Of a DNA stretch of 64,000 nt, positions 17,520-25,754 are shown one piece after another. The notes under the pieces were generated by a model, which made no database searches, had not been told where the DNA came from, and saw nothing but the letters and a program-made list of their open reading frames with translations. Within the stretch, counting starts at the first letter, position 1, and each line of letters begins with the position of its first letter. The stretch is from Patescibacteria group bacterium (GTDB taxonomy: Bacteria > Patescibacteriota > Patescibacteriia > Patescibacteriales > UBA12465): contig JBAYIC010000002.1 in assembly GCA_041665845.1 (NCBI GenBank), forward strand, positions 64,221 to 128,220, in the 5' to 3' direction. Both the position numbers and the translations under genes were made by a program.

Positions 17520-18806
17520 ATGAGAAAGATATTGCAGCTAAAATTGAAGATTGCTGCTCAGCTTATTTTGCGAAAGTATAAGCCGGTAGTCATTGGTATT
17601 ACGGGTTCAATTGGTAAAAGCAGTACTAAAGAAGCCGTTTTTCATGTTTTAAAAAATAAGTTGAATGTGAGGACAAGCTTTAAAAATTATAATAATGAAA
17701 TTGGTTTACCTTTATCGATTATTGGTTGCGTATCGCCCGGTAAAAATATTTATGCTTGGTTAGGGGTTATTTTAAAAATAATTTCACTTTTACTTATAAA
17801 AGATAAACATTATCCTCAGGTATTAATTTTAGAAATGGGCGTTGATCGTCCCGGGGATATGGAATATTTAACTTCAATTGTACAAGTTGATATTGCAATT
17901 GTAACTTCGGTTAGCTATTCTCATTTAGAATATTTTGGAAATTTACAAAATGTTAAAAAAGAGAAGCAGGTTTTGATAGAAAAACTTGATAATCAAGGTT
18001 TAGCTATCTTAAATTATGATAGTGAACCGGTTAAAGAAATTGCTGAAACTAGTAAGGCTCGTATTCTAAGCTACGGCCTAAAAGATGGTGTTGATTTAAA
18101 GGCTCAAGACATAGTCTATAATTTTACTCGTGGTTTGTATGAACTTTCAGGCATTAATTTTAAATTAAATAATCGGGGCTCAATCGTTCCGGTGTTTATG
18201 AAAAATATTATGTCCGAGCCGGCTCTTTATTCTGCTCTAGCGGCGGCGGCGGTTGGTTTATATTTTAAAATGAATTTAGTGGAGATTGCTTCAGCTCTTT
18301 CTGATTTTAGTTTACCAATTGGACGCATGAATCTTTTACCGGGAATTAAACACTCATTTATAATAGATGATACTTATAATTCTTCGCCGGAAGCAGCCAT
18401 CTCCGCCATTGATATTTTAAGCCACATTAGTATCGATAAAAATGCCAATAAATATGCAGTGATGGGTGACATGTTAGAAATTGGTTCTTACACTGAAGAA
18501 GGCCATCGTTTAGTTGGAAAGAAAATTAGCGAAGAAAAGATAGATTATTTAATCGCGGTCGGCGAAAGAGCCCGCGATTTTATAAGAGGCGCTAAAGATG
18601 ACGGGCTGGGCGATGAGCATCTTTTTTATTTTGATAATTCAGAAGAGGCTGGTCGTTTTTTACAAAATAGAATAAAAGAGGGAGACGTCTTATTGGTAAA
18701 AGGTTCACAAGGTGCTAGAATGGAGAAAATAGTTTTTGAGCTAATGGCGGAACCGGAAAAAGCTCCTGAACTCTTAGTGAGACAAGAAAAAGAGTGGCAA
18801 ACGTAA
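17520..18806 (+). CDS. murF: UDP-N-acetylmuramoyl-tripeptide--D-alanyl-D-alanine ligase
   Basis: Mur ligase P-loop GITGSIGKSSTKE and DDTYNSSPEAAISAID. The 428-aa length and the position after ftsI also fit. Confidence 0.82.
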   Translation: MRKILQLKLKIAAQLILRKYKPVVIGITGSIGKSSTKEAVFHVLKNKLNVRTSFKNYNNEIGLPLSIIGCVSPGKNIYAWLGVILKIISLLLIKDKHYPQVLILEMGVDRPGDMEYLTSIVQVDIAIVTSVSYSHLEYFGNLQNVKKEKQVLIEKLDNQGLAILNYDSEPVKEIAETSKARILSYGLKDGVDLKAQDIVYNFTRGLYELSGINFKLNNRGSIVPVFMKNIMSEPALYSALAAAAVGLYFKMNLVEIASALSDFSLPIGRMNLLPGIKHSFIIDDTYNSSPEAAISAIDILSHISIDKNANKYAVMGDMLEIGSYTEEGHRLVGKKISEEKIDYLIAVGERARDFIRGAKDDGLGDEHLFYFDNSEEAGRFLQNRIKEGDVLLVKGSQGARMEKIVFELMAEPEKAPELLVRQEKEWQT

Positions 18807-18815
18807 ATAATAAAT

Positions 18816-19676
18816 ATGAAAATAATAATTTTAGGGGGACAAGGTAATCTCGGCTCACAATTGGTTAAAGTTTTAGAACAAGATTATGAAGTTTTCTCCT
18901 TTGACCGCTCTGATTTTAACGCGCTTGATAAAGAAGCGCTTTTTTCTACTGTTGGCGATATTAGGCCGGATATCTTATTTAATTGTGTTGCTTATAATGC
19001 GGTTGATAAGTGTGAAGACAAAAGTAGCTATCTAGAAGCTTTAGCGCTTAATCGCGACTTACCGGCCAGTTTAGCGGAATTAGCTTTAAGGCTTGATTTT
19101 GTCTTAATTCATTATTCAACCGATTATGTTTTTAGCGGTTTAGAAACAAAAAAAGAATTTTCTGAGAGCGATACGCCTAACCCGATTAATAAGTATGGCG
19201 AGACTAAGTTTATGGGAGAAAGAGAAATTCTTCATCAAGCAGAAAGAGGCCTGAAATACTATTTAATTAGAACTTCGAAATTGTTTGGGCCACAAGGCGA
19301 AAGCTCTCAAGCTAAGCCAAGTTTTTTTGACATTATGCTCTCTTTGGCGCAAAATAAAAAGGAATTGACAGTAGTTAACGAAGAACTGAGTTGTTTTACT
19401 TATACGCCTGATTTAGCGGCGGCTAGCGCTCGTTTGCTATCAGCCCGAGTTCCTTATGGTGTTTATCATTTAGTTAATGAAGGAGCAGTTACTTGGTATG
19501 AAGGGGCGCTTGAGCTTTTCCGACAAGTTAAATTAGAGGTTGTAATTAGACCAATTAGAGGCGAGAATTTAGATAGAGCGGCGCGTCGTCCTAAATTTTC
19601 TGTTTTACAAAATAACAAGGTAAAAAAATTACGTTCCTATCAAGAGGCGCTGAGAGATTACTTACATAGTAAGTAA
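18816..19676 (+). CDS. rmlD: dTDP-4-dehydrorhamnose reductase
   Basis: ILGGQGNLGSQL Rossmann motif, IHYSTDYVFSG, NKYGETKFMGE (YxxxK). Confidence 0.85.
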   Translation: MKIIILGGQGNLGSQLVKVLEQDYEVFSFDRSDFNALDKEALFSTVGDIRPDILFNCVAYNAVDKCEDKSSYLEALALNRDLPASLAELALRLDFVLIHYSTDYVFSGLETKKEFSESDTPNPINKYGETKFMGEREILHQAERGLKYYLIRTSKLFGPQGESSQAKPSFFDIMLSLAQNKKELTVVNEELSCFTYTPDLAAASARLLSARVPYGVYHLVNEGAVTWYEGALELFRQVKLEVVIRPIRGENLDRAARRPKFSVLQNNKVKKLRSYQEALRDYLHSK

Positions 19677-19712
19677 AAAATAATAAAAACAATAAATATA
19701 AAATATAAAAAT

Positions 19713-20438
19713 ATGCGTGGAATAATTTTATCTGGCGGTAGTGGGACAAGACTTCGTCCGTTAACCAAGATTACTAGTAAACAATTGTTACCAATATATA
19801 ATCGGCCGATGATTTATTATCCCCTTAATACGCTTATTAAAGCGGGAATTAAAGAAATTATGATTATTGTTTCACCAGAACGTGCTGGCGATTATCTTAA
19901 TTTACTTGGTTCCGGAAAAGAATTCGGTGTTAAATTCACCTACGAAATTCAAGATAAGCCGGAAGGTCTAGCCCAAGCGTTTATCATCGGGGAAAATTTT
20001 ATTGACAATGAAAACGTTGCGATGATTTTAGGCGATAATATATTTGAAGATGATTTTTCTGAAGATTTAAAGAATTTTAAAAGCGGTGCCAAAATATTTG
20101 CGAAACATGTTCCTGACCCAGAAAGATTTGGGGTTGTGAAATTTGGTGAAGACATGAAGGCGGAAAAGATAATTGAAAAGCCACAAGAATATCTGAGTAA
20201 TTACGCGGTAACCGGTTTATATGTTTATGATAAGCGTATTGTTGAAATAGCTAAGAGTATGAAGCCTAGCGCTCGCGGAGAATTAGAAATTACCGATGTT
20301 AATAATTGGTATTTAGAGAAAGGTGAACTTGAAGTGGCGATGGTTGAAGGGGAATGGCTCGACGCGGGGACATTTGATAGTTTATTAAAAGCGCAGAACT
20401 TTGCCAAGGAAAAATTAGACGGGAAAATGCTGATATAA
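19713..20438 (+). CDS. rmlA: Glucose-1-phosphate thymidylyltransferase, short form (sugar-phosphate nucleotidyltransferase)
   Basis: MRGIILSGGSGTRLRPLTKITSKQLLPIYNRPMIYYPL..., 241 aa. Confidence 0.78.
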   Translation: MRGIILSGGSGTRLRPLTKITSKQLLPIYNRPMIYYPLNTLIKAGIKEIMIIVSPERAGDYLNLLGSGKEFGVKFTYEIQDKPEGLAQAFIIGENFIDNENVAMILGDNIFEDDFSEDLKNFKSGAKIFAKHVPDPERFGVVKFGEDMKAEKIIEKPQEYLSNYAVTGLYVYDKRIVEIAKSMKPSARGELEITDVNNWYLEKGELEVAMVEGEWLDAGTFDSLLKAQNFAKEKLDGKMLI

Positions 20439-20443
20439 AAAAA

Positions 20444-20481
20444 CGGGACCCCAGAAAAGGAAGGGCCCCGCGAAGTTTTTT
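20444..20481. terminator. Possible bidirectional terminator between rmlA (+) and the 20492 ORF (-)
   Basis: CGGGACCC-N11-GGGCCCCG (8 bp with one central A/C mismatch). An A-run lies upstream, and a T-run begins 5 nt downstream. Confidence 0.4.
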
Positions 20482-20491
20482 AAAAAAATGG

Positions 20492-20863
20492 TTAAGCGAC
20501 TGGCTCAGAATAGATTAAACCCGTTCTGGTAATTTTCTTGTGCTCGATAATGCTGTTATCGAAAGAAAATTCCATGAAAAAATCTGCTTCTTTTTGGGCT
20601 TTCCAGTCGGTTCGGCGAACAGCAGTTTTTTGATATCCAGCATTAATTAGGAAATGGTGGATTTCATCCTGAGTTTCTACCGGGCAGGTTAATTTTTTCA
20701 GGTCCAAATGGTCCATTAGGTTTTTAACCACTTGGTTAACCTGTGTCTCTGCTGCTGCGTCAAGAGCCACCTTTTTTACTGTTGGTAAGCCATTTTGGCC
20801 GTTACCATTACTTCCGTTGTTTTTCATTTTGCGATTTTTTTGAGACTTTCGTCTCGGTTTCAA
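20492..20863 (-). CDS. Hypothetical protein with a basic N/G/K-rich N-terminus
   Basis: 123-aa ORF (TTG start; alternative ATG at 20827). I recognise no family. It is the only minus-strand gene in the region. Confidence 0.45.
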   Translation of the reverse strand: MKPRRKSQKNRKMKNNGSNGNGQNGLPTVKKVALDAAAETQVNQVVKNLMDHLDLKKLTCPVETQDEIHHFLINAGYQKTAVRRTDWKAQKEADFFMEFSFDNSIIEHKKITRTGLIYSEPVA

Positions 20864-20920
20864 AGGTACTATAAAACACTAATAAACCAACTTTAAACTT
20901 TTATTAAACTTTTGTCAAGT

Positions 20921-21877
20921 ATGAAATTAGCAGTCGGATTTGTAACTTATAATGACTCTAGCGCCAAGTATTTAGGCGATTTTTTGCCTAGTTTAAGGCA
21001 TTCTTTGAATTTTCTTCCGGTTGTGGATAAACGTATCTTAACTTTTGATAATAGTAGCCAAGATAATAATATTAATCGTTTAGCGCTTGAATACTTTGTT
21101 CGGGAGCATCCTGATGAGATGATTAGTTTTTCTAGTAAAGAAAATATTGGTTTCGGCTCGGCTTATAATGTTTTAATCACTCAAGCCAAGAAGCTTAAAG
21201 CAGAATATTTTTTAATGATAAACCCTGACGTTTTGTTAGAACCAGATGCAATAGAAAAATTATTAAGTAAAATGGAGACCAATAAGGATTTAGCCTCTGT
21301 GAGTCCAAAGATACTGCGTTGGGATTTTAATAATCACAAACAAACTAAACAGCTTGATTCCTGTGGTTTAAGCCTTAAATCGGGCCTCAGATTCAATGAT
21401 TTAGGCCAAGGAGAAATTGATAATGACCAATATAATGAAACGGAAATTATTGGCCCATCAGGCGCAATCGGACTTTTTAGGTTGAGCGCTTTAGAGAGCA
21501 TTAAAGATAAATACGGTTATTTTGACTCGAGATTTTTTATGTATAAAGAAGATTGTGATCTTGCCTATCGTTTGCACCTGGCTGGATTTAAATCGGCTCT
21601 TGTTCCAGAAGCTTTAGCCTATCATGATAGAACGGCCGCTTTTTATGGGAAGGGCATATCTCAATCTTTGCTAAATAGACGTCAAACTAGTAAGCAAGTA
21701 AGAGCTTGGTCATTTAAGAACCAACATCTCCTTTTTGTCAAACATTTTAAAAATGAGAATTTTAAGAGCAAATTTGTAGTAATTGCTAGAGTTGTCGTGA
21801 TGTTTGTTTTTTCCCTTATATTAGAGCAATTTAATTTAAAACAGTATCCAAATATAGTTCGCGTCTTAAAGTCTTGA
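20921..21877 (+). CDS. Family 2 glycosyltransferase
   Basis: VGFVTYNDS..., FGSAYNVLI, MINPDVLLEPDAI (DxD-like). The fold is typical of rhamnosyl/GT2 transferases. Start taken at ATG 20921 rather than TTG 20912. Confidence 0.82.
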   Translation: MKLAVGFVTYNDSSAKYLGDFLPSLRHSLNFLPVVDKRILTFDNSSQDNNINRLALEYFVREHPDEMISFSSKENIGFGSAYNVLITQAKKLKAEYFLMINPDVLLEPDAIEKLLSKMETNKDLASVSPKILRWDFNNHKQTKQLDSCGLSLKSGLRFNDLGQGEIDNDQYNETEIIGPSGAIGLFRLSALESIKDKYGYFDSRFFMYKEDCDLAYRLHLAGFKSALVPEALAYHDRTAAFYGKGISQSLLNRRQTSKQVRAWSFKNQHLLFVKHFKNENFKSKFVVIARVVVMFVFSLILEQFNLKQYPNIVRVLKS

Positions 21878-21960
21878 CTAATATAAAATAATATGATAGA
21901 TTAATTAGAGTTTGGATAGAATAATCTTTAAATAATAAATCGAAAGCTTTATTTTTTTAT

Positions 21961-22998
21961 ATGGAAAATTTACTAGAAAAAATAATTAAAGAGGCCAAAA
22001 GCGAAGAATTAGGACGTTTAGATGCCCTAAACATTGTTAACTCCATTTTCTCTGAACTACTTGAGAGAGAACGTGATGTTTTAACTCGTCGTTTTGGTTT
22101 AAAGGGTGATAAAAGCGAGACTCTTGAGAAAATTGGCAGCTTACATAAGCTTACTCGAGAAAGAGTTAGACAAATTGAAGCCGCTAGTATTAGAAAAATA
22201 AAAAAATTAGAAAGCTTAGAGGGCGATATATCATCTTTGAAGCAAGCTGTTTATAAACTATTAGAAGAACATGGCGGTTTGATTAAGCGCGATTATTTAT
22301 TAGATATTCTAACGGTTATCTCTCTAGAGTTAAATACTGCTAAATCCGGTTTAGCTGATGATGAAAAAACCCGTCAATCTTATAAAAACCATTTTAATTT
22401 TTTGATTTCTAAGTTGATGTCGGATGATTTAGAATTAGTAAACAATAATGATAAATTTACATCTTCTTTTAAATTGAAAAATAGCGAGGTCCCTCATTTG
22501 GAGGAATTATCTGATGATTTAATAAAAAAAGTTGGGGATTTAAATAAGACTTTAACAACGGAGGAGGTTTTGGATGTTTTGAAAAAACTTGAAACTTATA
22601 GTAAAAACCAAGAAACTTTTGCTAAAACAGACGGACTAGATATTGAATCTGTCTTTAAAAGCCAAACTTTCCCAGATAAAGGTGAATTAATTAATGGCAA
22701 TAAGATTCTTTATTCTTTAATGCAATCAACCAAAAACCTCGAACAGAATAAATATGGTGATTGGGGAATTTCTGATTGGCAAGAAATCAAGCCGAAAACT
22801 GTTAATGATAAAATCTATTTAGTATTAAAACATGAAGGTAAACCACTCCATTTTACTGATATCGCTGGTAAAATAAATGATGTTAAATTTGATAAGAAAA
22901 AAGCTAATGCCGCGACCGTTCATAATGAGCTTATTCTTGATGACCGCTACGTTTTAATCAGCCGCGGAACTTATGGTTTGAAAGAATGGCAGAAATAA
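21961..22998 (+). CDS. Sigma-70 region 4 domain / C-terminal HARE-HTH domain protein
   Basis: N-terminal ERERDVLTRRFGLKGDKSETLEKIGSLHKLTRERVRQIEAASIRKIKKL matches sigma-70 region 4.2. C-terminal KIYLVLKHEGKPLHFTDIAGKINDV...TVHNELILDDRYVLISRGTYGLKEW matches the HARE-HTH / RpoE-delta N-domain pattern. No region 2 is detectable. Confidence 0.7.
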   Translation: MENLLEKIIKEAKSEELGRLDALNIVNSIFSELLERERDVLTRRFGLKGDKSETLEKIGSLHKLTRERVRQIEAASIRKIKKLESLEGDISSLKQAVYKLLEEHGGLIKRDYLLDILTVISLELNTAKSGLADDEKTRQSYKNHFNFLISKLMSDDLELVNNNDKFTSSFKLKNSEVPHLEELSDDLIKKVGDLNKTLTTEEVLDVLKKLETYSKNQETFAKTDGLDIESVFKSQTFPDKGELINGNKILYSLMQSTKNLEQNKYGDWGISDWQEIKPKTVNDKIYLVLKHEGKPLHFTDIAGKINDVKFDKKKANAATVHNELILDDRYVLISRGTYGLKEWQK

Positions 22999-23026
22999 AT
23001 TTAGTTTACTATTATTAGGCAATCAA

Positions 23027-23063
23027 AGAAATCCGATACTGTATATCGGATTTCTTTTTTTTG
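23027..23063 (+). terminator. Strong intrinsic terminator
   Basis: Perfect 12-bp stem AGAAATCCGATA-CTGTA-TATCGGATTTCT followed by TTTTTTTT. Confidence 0.85.
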
Positions 23064-23105
23064 TGATTATATGATAAAATCTTATAGTACGCATACATTT
23101 AAGAT

Positions 23106-24548
23106 ATGAACATAGTTATCAATACTTCAGGAATAGATAGGTTCTTAGCCTTGCAACCAGAACAAATGTTTTGGGCTTTTATAGCTAATTTTGGCTGGAT
23201 AGTAATTGGAATATTTTTTATTTATGGCGTCCTTCAGGTTTATCTTTTTTGGGTTAGACAAAAGTGGGCTGCGACCCATAAAAATATTTTATTAGCAATC
23301 GATATCCCGAAAGGAAATGAGCAGTCGCCAAAAGCGGTAGAGAACATGTTTACTTATTTAGCGGGCGCTCACGGTTCGATTAATTTTTTTGAGAAATGGT
23401 TTGAAGGTAATTTCCAGAAATCTTTTAGTTATGAGGTCGCTAGTCTTGAGGGCTATACGCAATTTTTAATTAGAACGCCGGCGGAATATCGGAATTTAGT
23501 TGAATCATCCGTTTATTCGCAGTATCCGGACGCAGAAATTTCTGAAGTGGATGATTATACCGAAAATGTTCCCCAAAGATATCCAGATGAGGAATATGAT
23601 GTCTGGGGAACAGAGTTTATGCAATCTTCGTCCTGGGTTTATCCAATTAAAATTTATAAAGATTTCGAGCATCAAATGGGGCCAAGCGAAACGCAATTTA
23701 AAGATCCGATGGCCGCTTTAATGGATTTATGCGGTTCTTTGCGTCAAGGTGAACAGCTCTGGTTTCAAATGATAGTTATTCCAATGGGATTTGATTGGAT
23801 AAAAGATTCGGAATCAGAAATAAATAAAATTCTCGGTCGAAAAGTTAAACCGAAAAAAGACCTAGTGATGAAGGGAATTGAAGCCTTGGGAGAGGCTAGC
23901 GAACTAGTTTATAGTATTTGGGGAGATGTGGAATCTAAAGATAAGGAAGAGAGGCCAAAAACAATGATGGATCTCAATCCTTTAGAGAAGAGAAGAATAG
24001 AGGGTGTACACGAGAAATTATCTAAGTTGTCTTTTGAAGCAAAGATTAGATTTGTTTATGTTGCTAAAAAAGATGTAATGAATAAAGCTAAGGTTGCTAA
24101 TGGCATAGTTGGTTACATGAAACAATTTGCGTCTCTAGATCTTAATAATCTTAAGCCGGATGTAAAAAAAACTATGACGAAGACGGTTTATTTCGCTCAA
24201 GAGTCGCGTTTAACTGTGAAAAAAAATAAAATTTTTCATGCTTACACCCTTCGTTCTGATGGGCGAGGAATAAGCCCGGGGATTTATAATATTGAAGAAT
24301 TGGCTACTATTTGGCATTTTCCGGTTGAAGCTAATGTTAAAGCTTCAATGGTGCAAAAGGCTCCGGGGAGAAAAGCGGATGCTCCATCTTCGCTACCGCT
24401 GGCTTCGGATTTAGTTGCCCCAACTGAAAGTTTCTTTAAAACAGGAATTTTTACTAGTAATCAAAATATAGATAATAAAAAAGAAAGAGTGAATGAAACT
24501 TTAGATGATAATAATTTTGCTCCGCCTGATAATTTGCCGTTTGTTTAA
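23106..24548 (+). CDS. Uncharacterised membrane protein (N-terminal TM hairpin plus large soluble domain)
   Basis: 480 aa. Two N-terminal hydrophobic helices (FWAFIANFGWIVIGIFFIYGVLQVYLFWV), then ILLAIDIPKGNEQSPKAVENMFTYLAG ... EELATIWHFP. I cannot assign a family. Confidence 0.6.
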   Translation: MNIVINTSGIDRFLALQPEQMFWAFIANFGWIVIGIFFIYGVLQVYLFWVRQKWAATHKNILLAIDIPKGNEQSPKAVENMFTYLAGAHGSINFFEKWFEGNFQKSFSYEVASLEGYTQFLIRTPAEYRNLVESSVYSQYPDAEISEVDDYTENVPQRYPDEEYDVWGTEFMQSSSWVYPIKIYKDFEHQMGPSETQFKDPMAALMDLCGSLRQGEQLWFQMIVIPMGFDWIKDSESEINKILGRKVKPKKDLVMKGIEALGEASELVYSIWGDVESKDKEERPKTMMDLNPLEKRRIEGVHEKLSKLSFEAKIRFVYVAKKDVMNKAKVANGIVGYMKQFASLDLNNLKPDVKKTMTKTVYFAQESRLTVKKNKIFHAYTLRSDGRGISPGIYNIEELATIWHFPVEANVKASMVQKAPGRKADAPSSLPLASDLVAPTESFFKTGIFTSNQNIDNKKERVNETLDDNNFAPPDNLPFV

Positions 24549-24569
24549 TTATTTGATTATTAAAACTAG

Positions 24570-25754
24570 ATGAGAATAGGTATCGATGCCCGCTTCTATG
24601 GCCCGATTGGTAAAGGTTTGGGGAGGTATACGCAAGAAGTGGTTGATAATATAATTAAAATAAATAGCGCCGGAAGTCGTGATAATTTTGAATTTGTTAT
24701 TTTTTTAAGTCCGGATAATTTTGATGAATTTACTGTAAACGATGTCAGTATAAAAAAAGTGATGTTAAATATTCGTTGGTATTCTTGGCGAGAGCAAATT
24801 ATCATGCCCTTTTATATTTGGCGGGAGAAATTAGATTTGATGCATTTCCCTCATTTTAATGTTCCAATTTTTACACCAGTGAAATTTGTTTTTACCCTTC
24901 ATGATTTAATTTTAACGCATTTTCCAACTATTCGAGCAACGACGAAGAATATTTTTGTTTATCGTTTAAAAAATCTCGCTTATCGTTTAGTAACAAAATC
25001 AGCTATTTGGCGAGCGGAAAAAATTATTACGGTATCCGAATTTACTAAAAAAGATATTATTCATAATTTTAAGATTGAGGCTGATAAAATTATTGTAACC
25101 TATGAAGGAGTCGCTAATTTAGCTCACGGACGCGATTCTCTGTTTATTGCGAAATTAAATAGCCGTGAGATGCTAGATAAATATCATATTGGCGGGAATT
25201 TCTTACTTTATGTTGGGAATGCTTATCCACATAAAAATCTAGAAACTTTAGTTAGGGTTTTTAGTCGTTTACATGCAATTAAACCGGAAATTAAACTGGT
25301 TTTAGTCGGCAAGGAAGATTATTTTTACGAACGAATTCATGAATTTGCCCATTCTTTAAATCTTTGGCAAAAAGAAAATATTAATAGCCCTATCGTTTTC
25401 GCGGGCTACGTCCCAGACGCGCAATTAGAAATAATGTATCAAGAGGCTAGGGCTTATATTTTCCCTTCTTTGTATGAAGGCTTCGGACTTCCTCCTTTAG
25501 AGGCGATGGCTAAAGGTTGCCCGGTTGCCAGTTCCGATCGGGCTAGTTTACCGGAAATTCTTGGGGAAGCTGCTGTTTATTTTAATCCCGAAGACGAAAG
25601 CGATATCTTAGCAAAAATAATAATGATTTTAGATAATAATGATTTTAGAGAAAGTCTCAAGCTTAAAGGAAGTGAGCAGGTAAAAAAATATAATTGGTGG
25701 GAATGCGCTAATGAAACTTTGGATGTTTATAGAAAAATATTTGTAAAAAAATGA
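24570..25754 (+). CDS. Family 4 (GT-B, Glycos_transf_1) glycosyltransferase
   Basis: C-terminal EGFGLPPLEAMAKGCPVASSD (E-x7-E motif). 394 aa. Its stop overlaps the next start (ATGA). Confidence 0.85.
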   Translation: MRIGIDARFYGPIGKGLGRYTQEVVDNIIKINSAGSRDNFEFVIFLSPDNFDEFTVNDVSIKKVMLNIRWYSWREQIIMPFYIWREKLDLMHFPHFNVPIFTPVKFVFTLHDLILTHFPTIRATTKNIFVYRLKNLAYRLVTKSAIWRAEKIITVSEFTKKDIIHNFKIEADKIIVTYEGVANLAHGRDSLFIAKLNSREMLDKYHIGGNFLLYVGNAYPHKNLETLVRVFSRLHAIKPEIKLVLVGKEDYFYERIHEFAHSLNLWQKENINSPIVFAGYVPDAQLEIMYQEARAYIFPSLYEGFGLPPLEAMAKGCPVASSDRASLPEILGEAAVYFNPEDESDILAKIIMILDNNDFRESLKLKGSEQVKKYNWWECANETLDVYRKIFVKK

